The position numbers and the translations under genes were made by a program. Of a stretch of DNA of 64,000 nucleotides, positions 10,101-18,879 are shown piece by piece. Each line of letters opens with the position of its first letter. Position 1 is the stretch's first letter. The DNA lies in sequence record PV231354.1. One strand, given 5' to 3'. Below the pieces are notes generated by a model. That model was given only the letters and a program-made list of their open reading frames with translations. It was not told the origin of the DNA and made no database searches.

Positions 10101-10676
10101 CGGCGCGGAACGCAATACGCTTGCGACAAGCACGTCAAGGGCGAGAAGTTCATCTTCCTCGACGAGCGGTCGATCGAGTTCCAGGCCGAGAACCTGGACA
10201 CCGCCGGCCTCAACCGCTGGTACAAGGCGGTCGGTTCGGGCATGTCCCTGTTCGAGGCCGATCCGATCCAACTGAACTACCAACCCCGCGACCTCATGCC
10301 CTATCGCCCGGCCGACATCCGCCGGGCGGTCGCGGGTGGCGACGTCACGGTGACCTGGAAGCGTCGCACGCGGTTCACCGCCACCATGAAGGACGGGACG
10401 GGCGTGGTGCCCCTCAACGAGGGCTCCGAAGCCTACGAGGCCTACGTACTGGCCGCGCCTTTCTCGGGCGACGAATCCCGTCAAGACCCGCCCGCTGCGT
10501 ACCTGCGGAAATACGACCTGACGAGCCCGACTTTCACCTACACGGCGGCCGAGCAAACGGCGGACGGGTATGACGTGAATCTTGACACTCTCCACGTCGT
10601 GCTCTATCAGTTGAGTTCGGTTGTCGGCCGGGGTTTCCCCGCCGCGCGCTCGATTGAGTCCTGGCAGGACTTCTAA
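7191..10676 (+). CDS. Central tail tip / host-specificity protein (GTA-like, phage-tail_3 family)
   Basis: STYGNVIPEIYGTARVGGNMIW, PAYRGLCYVVF...FGNRIPQI, later NLLRGRRGT motifs. Confidence 0.88.
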   Translation: MGAAIALPIISAIVSTAISYVFPDEGPRLRDAKVSASTYGNVIPEIYGTARVGGNMIWSKPFTEKKKKKRAGKGGSYYNQYTYFCDFAMGFCKGPVKEIRRIWADGKVIYDTTGGSEVVDNNKYRFRFYPGDEEQLPDSIVSEDKGLDYAPAYRGLCYVVFDDFALADFGNRIPQIMAEVYAGDEGGAAITDVTPLSGDVSPSPPSGSYQLDQAIIDTDRGYFYLVDGLADPRGGVLRRFKLSDGFEDRREVVLVPPTTPPSVYDSAGLTSVRGLTSKGELLCVFGGVNNYMRIEKLDPYSWASLGTLGRSFPFENESRPDWSLEFSNTNFKTGRDDKGNYYTLTLGVFGEYNIFDPTSMSYLSKGHMAGWNGPGTPMQITARQGGPASARRFYHVTYNGGPTLSVCSLGETLYNHPMPHPGAAGATGWCFWDEGDPGVVFFFTDGNQDRYLAKWSETTGALVWQTKLSDTPYCGYPVWGMEARIKDNELHWVYDQRLFSINTATGKWIDRTFDQDFYKTDNDKTADQVNDGEKGLELPREINDDYVIYDPRRNIVIGLGSPQVQNGIVHVGAYTGQRTNVGRIVEQLLTTTGQMTSNDFDLTPLYEIPVRGYGYATSTDVKSIISELRNLFMFDLVESDGKLFARVRGDQTADVEIPWQMLGSQSGPSDDKADYWKETRMSESDLPSAIDLTYMNIDDDYNPSTAKSKRISAPVATMLSRQQVKTECNLVMDATEAKNRVNVMLYTQWDERTQHNTALPWRYAYLDASDLISVTMEDGRNYFDRIGSIEFGADFSSRLETYGTDSGAYLSDKVGEGGGAGRPTVVNAPKPVVGFIMNTPLLRDTHDSGGNYSNWYSAIGAGAPGKFFGGTMYKSANSQDYVDLYQETESAEWGTVVGVVPPASHGWFALDWETKITIIPAVEFFELESITDDELWEGQNAVIVGDEIMQFRDAVENADGSWTIWNLLRGRRGTQYACDKHVKGEKFIFLDERSIEFQAENLDTAGLNRWYKAVGSGMSLFEADPIQLNYQPRDLMPYRPADIRRAVAGGDVTVTWKRRTRFTATMKDGTGVVPLNEGSEAYEAYVLAAPFSGDESRQDPPAAYLRKYDLTSPTFTYTAAEQTADGYDVNLDTLHVVLYQLSSVVGRGFPAARSIESWQDF
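10574..10610 (+). promoter_or_regulatory. Internal promoter (CGTGAATCTTGACA-17-TATCAG) for the tail fibre genes
   Basis: Copy of the repeated promoter motif inside the 3' end of the tip gene, with a 17-bp spacer to a -10-like hexamer. Confidence 0.55.
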
Positions 10677-10747
10677 GCACCCCTTCCACAAATCCGTGAC
10701 CCCAGCCTCGGCCGGGGTTGCCCTCTTGTCATAAAAGCCGTGGAACG

Positions 10748-11587
10748 ATGAGCAACACGCCGATCCTGAACATCCCCCAGGTCGCCCCCAACCAGAACCA
10801 AAAAGAAGACACGATCAACACGGGCTTCGCGATCCTGGAAGCGGCGCAGAACGACGACGTCCAGATCACGGTGACGGCGGGCAACTACAGCGTCACCGCC
10901 GACCAGTTCACCAAGGCCTTCGTGCATCGCTATTCGGGGCACACCGACGCCACCGTGGTCGCGGTGATCCCGACCACGGCCCGCTGGTTCGCCCTGTCGA
11001 ACGAGGGCGGTTTCGCCATGGGGCTGAAAGTCTTTGGACAGGTGCCGGTCGTTACCATTCAGCCGGGCAAGATCGTCCTCTTCCAATCCGACGGCACGAC
11101 CCTGCGCGCGGTGTCCGAGGGCGTCAGCCGCATCTTCGACCTCTCCGACGTCGACGGTTCCGACACCCCGTCCAACGGCCAGACCCTGGTCTGGAATTCG
11201 ACGGCCAGCCAGTTCGAGCCGGCCGATCTGCCGGCCGACGTCGACTTCTGGACCAACGGTACGACGGGCAGCAACGGCGTGGTCCTGCGCAAGCTCTTCC
11301 TGCGCCCGGTCCGCTTCCTGGCCGACTACCTGGGTTCGATCGCCAAGGCCGGCGTGGCGGCGACGGGCTCGGCGGTGTTCACGGTCAAGAAGACCACCGG
11401 CGTCACCACGACCTCGGTCGGCACCATCACCTTCACGGGCACCACCGCCACCTTCTCGTCCGACGTCGGGGCCGGCTCGGTGACCGTCAACTTTGGGGCC
11501 GGCGACATCATGACCATCACCGGCCCGGCCACGTCCAACTCCGTCGCTGACATCGTCGCTTCCCTCAAGGGCGTCATCCTGCAATGA
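10748..11587 (+). CDS. Short tail fibre/adaptor protein (DUF2793-like N-terminus)
   Basis: Start chosen at ATG 10748 (MSNTPILNIPQVAPNQNQKE); N-terminus is paralogous to the next gene; carries a DLSDVD...GQTLVWN fibre repeat. Confidence 0.75.
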   Translation: MSNTPILNIPQVAPNQNQKEDTINTGFAILEAAQNDDVQITVTAGNYSVTADQFTKAFVHRYSGHTDATVVAVIPTTARWFALSNEGGFAMGLKVFGQVPVVTIQPGKIVLFQSDGTTLRAVSEGVSRIFDLSDVDGSDTPSNGQTLVWNSTASQFEPADLPADVDFWTNGTTGSNGVVLRKLFLRPVRFLADYLGSIAKAGVAATGSAVFTVKKTTGVTTTSVGTITFTGTTATFSSDVGAGSVTVNFGAGDIMTITGPATSNSVADIVASLKGVILQ

Positions 11588-14500
11588 CCGATTACACGCC
11601 GATCCTGAAGCTGCCTGAGGTCGCGCCCAACCAAAACCAGAAGGAAGACACGATCAACACCGCGCTCGCCATCTTGGAGAGCGCGATGAACAACGTGAAG
11701 CCCTACACCCTGACGGGTGCAGGACCTCTCGCCCTGAACGACGACGACTTCACCCGCTACTTCCTGCACCGCTTCTCGGGGCAGACCGCCGCCTACGAGA
11801 TCACCGTCCCCGCCGTCCAGCCGCGCTGGTTCGCCGTGGAGAACGCCGGCTCGTTCGCCATCACCCTGCGCTGCTTTGGCGTTTCCGGTGGTCTGCCGTT
11901 CGAGGTTCCGCCCGGCAAGATCGGTCTGGTGGTCTCCGACGGCGCGGACCTGCGCACCATCGTGCCGCAGTCGGGCATGGGCCTGCTCCAGGACCTCTCC
12001 GATGTCTCGGGCGTGCCGACCGACAAGCAGGTCCTGCGCTATGACGCGGCCACGAGCCTGTGGAAGCCCTCGACCTTCCTGATCTCGTTCGGCGAACTGA
12101 CCGACACCCCCAACAACTACCTCGGTGCCAACGGCAAGATCGTCGCGGTGAACGCTGCGGGCGATGGCCTGGAGTTCGTCTCCTCGGCCGCCAACGTCAA
12201 CTCCTTCGTCGACCTCGACGACACGCCCAGCAGCTACTCGGGCGCTGCGGGCCTGACCGTCAAGGTCTCGTCCGGCGGTACGGGCCTGATCTTCGCCGCC
12301 CCGACCTTCCTGGAAGCCTCCGACACGCCCAACAGCTATAGCGGGCAGGCCAAGAAGTTCGCCCGCGTCAAGACCGACATGTCGGGCCTGGAGTTCGACA
12401 GCGTCCGCCTGACGGACCTGTCGGATGGGCCGGGGACCTATGCGGGCTTCGGCGGCATGTTCGTGCGCGTCAAGAACGACGGCACGGGGTTCGAATTCAA
12501 CACCGGCTCGGGCGGCCCCGACAACTTCCTGGACCTGACCGACACGCCTGACGCGTACACGGGTCAGGGGAACAAGGCCGTGCGCGTCAAGACCGACGTC
12601 TCCGGCCTGGAGTTCTACACCCCGACCCTGGTGGGCCTGGGCGACACGCCGGCCAACTACACCGGCGCGGCCAACAAAATCCTGCGCGTCAACGGCTCGG
12701 GCAATGCGGTCGTCTTCAGCACCCTGGCCTTTGGGGAGCTTTCCAACGTCGCCAGCGGCGAGGCCAACAAGTGGCTGCGCTGGAACCCGGCCGGCAACGG
12801 CATCATCAACGACACCCCGACCTTCCTGGGGCTGGCCGACACCCCCAACGCCTATACGGGCAACGAGGGCAAGTTCGTTTACGTCAAGGGCGACGGCTCG
12901 GGCCTGGGCTTCTCGGCCTCGTCGGTCAACCTGTCGTATCTTGAGTTGAACGATACGAACGACACGACCTACTCGGGTAAGACCGACATGGTCCCGATCG
13001 TCACGATCGTGGGCTCCACGCCGGTCCTCCAACTGGGCTTCCACAAGTTCAGCAAGCTCTCGGGCATCAGCCTGTCCTCGCCCACCGAGGGTCAAATCCT
13101 CGGCTACGACGCCGACCTGGGCCTGTGGACCAACATCGACGCGCCCGAGGGCGGTGGGGGCGGCTCCATCGGCGTGCCCTCCTATGGGCCGCACGCGTAC
13201 TGGCGCCTGCTGCTGCACACCACCGACGGCAGCACCAGCCAGTACGGCATCCAGGAAATCCAGTTCAAGCACTCCAAGACCGGCGCGGACTTGGCCAATG
13301 GCGGCACGCCCTCGGCCAGCAGCGACCAGTTCGGCACGGTCGCCGGAGCGTTCGACAACGTCATCTCCGGCGCGTGGTTCTCCAACACGCCCAACGACGG
13401 CGAGTGGATCGCCTACCACTTCACCACGCCGGCCGATGTCCGCTACGTGACCCTCCAGGGCTCGCAGTCCCAGCCGGACACCTCCCCGCGCTCGTTCTCG
13501 GTCCAGTACAGCGACGACGGCGTCGCCTACACCACCGCCTGGGAAGTCACCGGGCAGAACGGCTGGGCGCCGGGCCAGACCCGCGAATTCCACGCCCCGA
13601 TCGACCTCTTCTTCACCGATCTGGCCGACGCTCCGCCCAGCTACATCGGTCAGGCGCTGAAGGTCCTGCGGGTCAACGCCGGCGAGACCGCGCTCGAACT
13701 CTTCACCCTGCCGTCCATCCCGACCAAGCTCGACGACCTGACCGACGTCCAGGTCACGGGCACCCCGACCGACGGGCAGGTGCTGGCCTGGGACGACGCG
13801 ACGGGGGTCTTCAAGCCCACCTCGGTGCCGGGCATCACCCCGACCGCGTTCACCGACCTGACCGACGCGCCCACCTCCTATGCGGGCGAGGGCGGCAACG
13901 CCGTGCGCGTCAAGATGACTGAGGACGGTCTGGAATTCTACACCCCCGGCACGGGTGGTGGCGGCGGGGGTGGCAGCTATCGCGGGGCCTGGGCCTCGGG
14001 TTCCGAGCAGGTCATTCTCAACTTCGAGAACGGCAGTCTCAATCCGGCCTTCACCTATGATGCGGCCGGCTTCAACGTCGTCATCCAGCCGGACACGGTC
14101 TCGGGCACCACCCTGGCCCTGAAGTTCCGTCCGATCGGCAATGGAGCGACCTGCTATTGCGACCTGCCGGTCGAGGACGTGGTTGGGATCGCCAACTTCA
14201 AGGTCCGCTACAAGGTCTCCTCCGAAGGTCCGGACTTCTTCCGGGTCATCCAGGACGGTACGACCACGCTGCTGACCGACAGCGGCAACACCGGGCTGTA
14301 CGAGGAAGGGTCTTTCCCGGTCACCGGCGACCACACCCTGCGGTTCCAGTACAGCAAGGACGGCTCGCTGGCGGTCGGCGACGACACCGTCTACATCTCG
14401 CAGATCACCTACTTCAAGACGCTGACCAACCCCTACGTCTACGGGGACACGATCACCTATGCCGGGTCCTATTGGCTCTGCCGCGTCGGTGGAACCTCCG

Positions 14501-16323
14501 AAGAGCCGGGCGTTGGCGACGACTGGATCAAGCTGCCTGATACCCTGGCGCAACTGGATGACGTCGACCTGACCTCGTCGCCGCCCTCGAACGGTCAAGC
14601 CCTGGTCTTTGATGGCGCGACCAACAAGTTCAAGCCGGGAACCGTGGCCGGCGGCTCGGGTGGTGGCAACAAGTACAACATCGGCGTGACGCCGCGCACG
14701 CGTCTGCACCGCGCGGCTATCCAGTCGATCCCGACTTCGACCTGGACGGCGGTCCAGTGGGACACCGAGGCCGAAGACGCCGCCAACGCCTTCACCAGCG
14801 GTGCCAACACGCGGGTCACCATTCCGGCGGGCGTCAAGGCCGCGCGCGTGACGGCCTATGCCAACTGGGTGACGCCGGTCACCACCTCGATCGTGGGCTT
14901 GGCCCTGCGTCGCAATGGCGTCGAGATCGGCTCTACCGGCGGCTCGCCCGTCGCGGCCTCGCGCGCGGGCCTCTACCAGTCGCATCTCAATTTCACGTCT
15001 GAGTGGTTCCCGGTCACGCAAGGGGACTACTACGAGTTGTTCGTCTATCACGACTCGGGCTCCAACCGGGACCTGAACGGTCCGGTCACCAACTTCGGCG
15101 AGAACACCTACCTCCAGTTCGAGTGGGATGAAGGCATCTCGCCCTCGGCGGTCGAGGCCGGAGACTTCCACGGCCCCCACCAGGGCTGGCGGATGCTGAC
15201 CATCGACAGCCAGACGGGAACCTATGCCACGTTTGGGGAACTGAAGTTCTTCGACCGTAGCGGCGTCCAGATCGCCACCACCGGCGGGAAGCTCTTCGAC
15301 ACCTACTCCCACCCCTCTTACCCTGTCCAGCAGGCCTTCGACGGCAACAACACGACCTACTGGTCCTCGCTCCAACAGACCTCGACCGGTCAGCTTGCCG
15401 GCCCCGGCTACATCTTCGCCGCGCCCGTCGATGTCGGCTCGATCAAGCTGACCTCGACGTCGACCGACTTCAACAGCACCAACTCGCCCAAGAACTTCGC
15501 GATCCAGTACACCGATGACGGTGGCGCGTCGTGGTTCACCTACGTCACCTTCAGCAACCAGACCGGCTGGGGCGACCGGGAGGAGCGCACGTTCGTCCTG
15601 CCGACGAGCGGCATCGCCCGCGTCGGGGGCGCCCGCGCGCTCGACGAACTCAAGGACGTCACGATCGGCACGCCCAAGAACGGCGACCTGCTGACCTATG
15701 ACGCGACGACCTCGACCTGGAAGCAGAAGTCCCGCTGGGGCTATGCGCCGCCCGTGGCGGCCGATTTCCCCACGGCCGTGGGCACCGTGCCCCTGACCCT
15801 GACCTATGACGACGAGGTCGGGCTGATGATCGACTGCGGGGCCAGCGCCTCAGGGGACGTGCAGCGCGCCGTCCTCAAGGCGCTGCCGACGGGGGACTGG
15901 AACCTGACGGTGAAGATCACCGACCATCTGGCGCCGGTCTACTATAACGCCGTCGGGATCATGCTGCGTGAAGCGGCGACCGGCAAGATCGTCCTGTTCG
16001 GGTGCGAGGTCGCGGGATCGAGCTTCTCCGTCCCCGTGCGGCAAGTGCGTTTCTCGCGGCTGGCGGGCCTGTCGGGCTTCACGGCCAACGACTATGCCCG
16101 CCCGTCGCCGTCGCTGCCGCAATGGTATCGCATCTCCCTGACCGGCAGCACGCTCAAGGCCGAGGTGTCGGCTGACGGCAAGTTCTGGCGCACCGTGGTG
16201 TCGCAGGCCGTGACCACCGGGTTCACGACCAAGCCCGACCAAATCGGGCTCGGCTGTTCGCTCAACTACACCGACTCCCAGTCGGCGATGTTCTCGGTCC
16301 CCTACTGGAGTCAGTCCTGGTAG
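11584..16323 (+). CDS. Long tail fibre protein with tandem ~33-aa repeats and discoidin/F5-8-type-C-like domains
   Basis: 1579 aa; repeated F.DL.DTP..Y.G...V.V...GLEF units; two AFD....W.S...P..F..QYSDDG modules; lectin-like C-terminus. Confidence 0.82.
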   Translation: MTDYTPILKLPEVAPNQNQKEDTINTALAILESAMNNVKPYTLTGAGPLALNDDDFTRYFLHRFSGQTAAYEITVPAVQPRWFAVENAGSFAITLRCFGVSGGLPFEVPPGKIGLVVSDGADLRTIVPQSGMGLLQDLSDVSGVPTDKQVLRYDAATSLWKPSTFLISFGELTDTPNNYLGANGKIVAVNAAGDGLEFVSSAANVNSFVDLDDTPSSYSGAAGLTVKVSSGGTGLIFAAPTFLEASDTPNSYSGQAKKFARVKTDMSGLEFDSVRLTDLSDGPGTYAGFGGMFVRVKNDGTGFEFNTGSGGPDNFLDLTDTPDAYTGQGNKAVRVKTDVSGLEFYTPTLVGLGDTPANYTGAANKILRVNGSGNAVVFSTLAFGELSNVASGEANKWLRWNPAGNGIINDTPTFLGLADTPNAYTGNEGKFVYVKGDGSGLGFSASSVNLSYLELNDTNDTTYSGKTDMVPIVTIVGSTPVLQLGFHKFSKLSGISLSSPTEGQILGYDADLGLWTNIDAPEGGGGGSIGVPSYGPHAYWRLLLHTTDGSTSQYGIQEIQFKHSKTGADLANGGTPSASSDQFGTVAGAFDNVISGAWFSNTPNDGEWIAYHFTTPADVRYVTLQGSQSQPDTSPRSFSVQYSDDGVAYTTAWEVTGQNGWAPGQTREFHAPIDLFFTDLADAPPSYIGQALKVLRVNAGETALELFTLPSIPTKLDDLTDVQVTGTPTDGQVLAWDDATGVFKPTSVPGITPTAFTDLTDAPTSYAGEGGNAVRVKMTEDGLEFYTPGTGGGGGGGSYRGAWASGSEQVILNFENGSLNPAFTYDAAGFNVVIQPDTVSGTTLALKFRPIGNGATCYCDLPVEDVVGIANFKVRYKVSSEGPDFFRVIQDGTTTLLTDSGNTGLYEEGSFPVTGDHTLRFQYSKDGSLAVGDDTVYISQITYFKTLTNPYVYGDTITYAGSYWLCRVGGTSEEPGVGDDWIKLPDTLAQLDDVDLTSSPPSNGQALVFDGATNKFKPGTVAGGSGGGNKYNIGVTPRTRLHRAAIQSIPTSTWTAVQWDTEAEDAANAFTSGANTRVTIPAGVKAARVTAYANWVTPVTTSIVGLALRRNGVEIGSTGGSPVAASRAGLYQSHLNFTSEWFPVTQGDYYELFVYHDSGSNRDLNGPVTNFGENTYLQFEWDEGISPSAVEAGDFHGPHQGWRMLTIDSQTGTYATFGELKFFDRSGVQIATTGGKLFDTYSHPSYPVQQAFDGNNTTYWSSLQQTSTGQLAGPGYIFAAPVDVGSIKLTSTSTDFNSTNSPKNFAIQYTDDGGASWFTYVTFSNQTGWGDREERTFVLPTSGIARVGGARALDELKDVTIGTPKNGDLLTYDATTSTWKQKSRWGYAPPVAADFPTAVGTVPLTLTYDDEVGLMIDCGASASGDVQRAVLKALPTGDWNLTVKITDHLAPVYYNAVGIMLREAATGKIVLFGCEVAGSSFSVPVRQVRFSRLAGLSGFTANDYARPSPSLPQWYRISLTGSTLKAEVSADGKFWRTVVSQAVTTGFTTKPDQIGLGCSLNYTDSQSAMFSVPYWSQSW

Positions 16324-16340
16324 GGCCTATACGCTTCGCC

Positions 16341-16386
16341 GCATATCCCGGATTTATACGCGAAAGCGCATAAATCCGGGCTATGC
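16341..16386 (+). terminator. Long GAAA-capped hairpin between the tail fibre and the lysis genes (terminator or processing site)
   Basis: GCATA-T-CCCGGATTTAT-A-CGC-GAAA-GCG-C-ATAAATCCGGG-C-TATGC followed by GTTTT. Confidence 0.55.
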
Positions 16387-16402
16387 GTTTTCGGGCATAA
16401 TG

Positions 16403-16440
16403 TCGTGAATCTTGACATCGGCACAAATCCAGGCCATGGT
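16403..16440 (+). promoter_or_regulatory. Lysis cassette promoter (TCGTGAATCTTGACA-17-CATGGT)
   Basis: Exact copy of the repeated motif upstream of the endolysin. Confidence 0.62.
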
Positions 16441-16476
16441 CAAGACCTGATTTTCAGCACTCCCGGAATTCCCCAC

Positions 16477-17115
16477 ATGCGTGTCTCTGACGCTGGCCTG
16501 AAGCTTATCCAGGCCTGGGAAGGTCTCGGCGACGGTAACCCCGCCACCGTGGACCTCGAACCCTACATCTGCCCGGCCAAGGTTTGGACCGTCGGCTGGG
16601 GGCACGCCCTGAAGACGCCGACCGGTCAGATCATCGACGTCGACGTCTTCGGCGCGGCCAGGGCCAAGGCCCTGGCCGCCGAATCCATGCAGCGCAAGTT
16701 CGGCAAGGGCGCCATCACCAAGGCCCAGGCCGTGGACCTCGTGCGCGAGGACGTGACCTATTTCGAGCGGCAGGTCGAGAAGCTGGTGGCAGGCAATGCG
16801 GCCCAGTGCGAGTTCGACGCCCTGGTGTCGTTCGCCTTCAACTGCGGCGTCGCCAACCTCCAGTCCTCGACCCTGCTGCGGATGCACAACGCCGGCAAGC
16901 GCAAGGTCGGCGACGTCTCGCTGTCGGACCTCTGCCAGAAGAGCAAGCTCTCCACGCCGATCGACAACGTCGCCGTGGCCTTCGTCCGCTGGAACAAGTT
17001 CAACGGCAAGTGGGCGCTGGGTCTGTTCCGCCGGCGCCTGTCCGAGGCCCTGGTCTACGGCGGCCACAATCCCGACGAGGCGGTCAAGGCCGCCCAAGCC
17101 TTCAAGGGCTGCTGA
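16477..17115 (+). CDS. Endolysin, GH24 (phage lysozyme) family
   Basis: MRVSDAGLKLIQAWEG...CPAKVWTVGWGH, FDALVSFAFNCG, GLFRRRLSEA; start moved to ATG 16477 because the upstream in-frame GTG lies within the promoter. Confidence 0.9.
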   Translation: MRVSDAGLKLIQAWEGLGDGNPATVDLEPYICPAKVWTVGWGHALKTPTGQIIDVDVFGAARAKALAAESMQRKFGKGAITKAQAVDLVREDVTYFERQVEKLVAGNAAQCEFDALVSFAFNCGVANLQSSTLLRMHNAGKRKVGDVSLSDLCQKSKLSTPIDNVAVAFVRWNKFNGKWALGLFRRRLSEALVYGGHNPDEAVKAAQAFKGC

Positions 17116-17116
17116 C

Positions 17117-17605
17117 ATGGGCCTCTTCGCGATCATCGCCCTGGCCGTGAAGTTCCTGATGAACCCGGCCGTCATGGGCGTGCTGTTCATCACCATCGCC
17201 GCCCTGACGGGACTGTGGTTCCTGGGCGGCCCGGCGCTGTTCTGGAAGGTCCTGCGCGACGCGCGTCTCTGGCTGCTGGTCGCCGTGGCGGCCGTGGTCT
17301 TCGGCTATGCCCACCTCCAGGCCAAGCTCGAAAAAACCGAGCAGCGCCTGGAGCAGGTCGAGCAGCAGAAGCAGGCCCACGACGACGGCCAGGAGGTCGT
17401 CAAGAACAACATCAAAAAGCAGGTCAAGCGCGCCCAGCAGGGGGCCAAGTACCAAGAGGTTATCCACAATGCCCCGACTGGCGAAAAGCTCGACGCCCTC
17501 CTCGACGAGTTCGCGCGCGATCAAGGCGTTCCTGATCCCCGCCCTTCTGCTGCTCAGCCTGTCCCTGACGGCGTGTCAAAGTCTCCCGGTCGGATTCTCC
17601 CCTGA
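17117..17605 (+). CDS. Inner-membrane spanin (Rz-like)
   Basis: ATG 1 nt after the endolysin stop; hydrophobic N-terminal segments then a coiled-coil periplasmic region; overlaps a lipoprotein gene. Confidence 0.72.
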   Translation: MGLFAIIALAVKFLMNPAVMGVLFITIAALTGLWFLGGPALFWKVLRDARLWLLVAVAAVVFGYAHLQAKLEKTEQRLEQVEQQKQAHDDGQEVVKNNIKKQVKRAQQGAKYQEVIHNAPTGEKLDALLDEFARDQGVPDPRPSAAQPVPDGVSKSPGRILP

Positions 17606-17855
17606 CGACCTCTATCCGAAGGAACTGCGCACCTGCGCACCGTCTCCTGCGGTCCCGCCGCGCCCCGCGCCCGGCGCGCCGCGCTCCGAGGACGCCCAGG
17701 CCGGCTACGTCAAGGATGACCACCTCGCCGGCGCCGACTGCCGCGACAAGGTCGAGTCCTGGAACGAGCGCGCCGTCAAGTACGAGGCCCAGTACAAGGC
17801 CATGAACGCCGGGCCGGCGGGCAAGCTGCTCGCCAAGTTCAAGGGGAAGAAGTGA
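17469..17855 (+). CDS. Outer-membrane spanin lipoprotein (Rz1-like), overlapping the i-spanin
   Basis: Signal peptide AFLIPALLLLSLSLTAC ending in a lipobox; Pro-rich mature region; alternate frame within the i-spanin 3' end. Confidence 0.78.
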   Translation: MPRLAKSSTPSSTSSRAIKAFLIPALLLLSLSLTACQSLPVGFSPDDLYPKELRTCAPSPAVPPRPAPGAPRSEDAQAGYVKDDHLAGADCRDKVESWNERAVKYEAQYKAMNAGPAGKLLAKFKGKK

Positions 17856-18340
17856 TGCCGCCCTGGGCCGCCGCGCCGCTGCGGGTCTGCGGCAACTTCT
17901 TCCGCTGGGTGCGCCTGACGCTGGACAATCTCTGCGATCGTCCGGACCACCTTCAGCGCCTGTCGATCATCGGCTCGGGCATGGCGGCCTTCCCGCTGAT
18001 CCTGCTGATCATCCACATCCTCGTCTATTTCGGGCTGCACGGTCCCGACACGGCCGCCGCCCTGGCGGTCATCCCGATCATCGGCAACATGGGCTATGGG
18101 GCCTTGGCGCTCTACGCGCTGTCCCAGGTGGCGCTCCTGGGGATCATCAAGGGCATCCGGATCGCCGCGCCCGGTGGCGTCAACGTCGCCATCGAGACCA
18201 CGGCGGGCACGGGCGACGGCCTGTCCGACGACAACGACGACCATGACCATGGACACGGCCGCTGGCGCGGCCGGGACCGCGATCAAGGTTGCGAACCCAA
18301 TCCCCCTGCCGGCTCTGGAGCCGGCGCTATCACGGAGTAG
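17852..18340 (+). CDS. Putative holin
   Basis: Two to three hydrophobic segments and a charged C-terminal tail; last membrane gene of the lysis cassette. Confidence 0.55.
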   Translation: MMPPWAAAPLRVCGNFFRWVRLTLDNLCDRPDHLQRLSIIGSGMAAFPLILLIIHILVYFGLHGPDTAAALAVIPIIGNMGYGALALYALSQVALLGIIKGIRIAAPGGVNVAIETTAGTGDGLSDDNDDHDHGHGRWRGRDRDQGCEPNPPAGSGAGAITE

Positions 18341-18345
18341 GGATC

Positions 18346-18492
18346 ATGCGCGAAGGCTATGGCGGTCTGAAGATCATCGACGGGCTGGTCGGCGACATCC
18401 TTCCGATCAAGGATGACATCATCCCGGTCAAGGACGACGTCAGCACCGGCTTCCCGGACGGCGACGCGCTCGCCCCGCTCGACTACGGATAG
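18346..18492 (+). CDS. Small acidic hypothetical protein (48 aa)
   Basis: ATG 5 nt after the holin stop; GC3-rich codon usage. Confidence 0.45.
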   Translation: MREGYGGLKIIDGLVGDILPIKDDIIPVKDDVSTGFPDGDALAPLDYG

Positions 18493-18514
18493 ACCTGCGA
18501 CATCCGGTCGCATG

Positions 18515-18552
18515 TCGTGATCCTTGACATATCGACGTTCTTGCACTATGGT
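18515..18552 (+). promoter_or_regulatory. Sigma70-type promoter (TCGTGATCCTTGACA-17-TATGGT)
   Basis: Variant of the repeated motif with a 17-bp spacer; no credible ORF downstream before the terminator. Confidence 0.65.
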
Positions 18553-18553
18553 C

Positions 18554-18819
18554 GCGCTTCTTCGACGGCATCCCACCGTCCCACATGGCTCGCGACCCAC
18601 CGTTCGCAGGGACACGATCGCGACCAAGGCGGTAGCCGGAACGATGCTAGACCGCAAGGTCAAGCCTCCGGAACACGCAGCAGCCGGCTGGAACGCTAGG
18701 CTCCTACGTCCAAACGGGGTAGAGGCTTCCTGAGCCTTCGGGCGAGAGACCCCACCACCTCGAAAGAGGTTCACGCGTGATGCGGAGAAGGGCTGAAAAG
18801 CCCAAGTGTCTGGAAGTGC
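18554..18819 (+). ncRNA. Putative structured non-coding RNA (~265 nt), family unknown
   Basis: Lies between a promoter and an intrinsic terminator; hairpins capped by GCAA, UUCG and two GAAA tetraloops. Confidence 0.6.
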
Positions 18820-18820
18820 A

Positions 18821-18858
18821 GAAGACCCCGCCGGAGCAATCCGGCGGGGTCTTTTTCT
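18821..18858 (+). terminator. Intrinsic terminator
   Basis: AAGACCCCGCCGGA-GCAA-TCCGGCGGGGTCTT plus a T tract. Confidence 0.85.
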
Positions 18859-18879
18859 GTCTGGAGCGGAGGAGCCCGA

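Noticed and set aside
7185-15375. Very long antisense ORFs (7185-10691, 11326-15375) opposite the tail genes
   Set aside because: Shadow frames produced by GC-rich codon bias of the real genes; no motifs or RBS
18729-18750. Hammerhead-like CTGA-GCCTTCGGGC-GAGA
   Set aside because: Lacks the full CUGANGA and GAAA core
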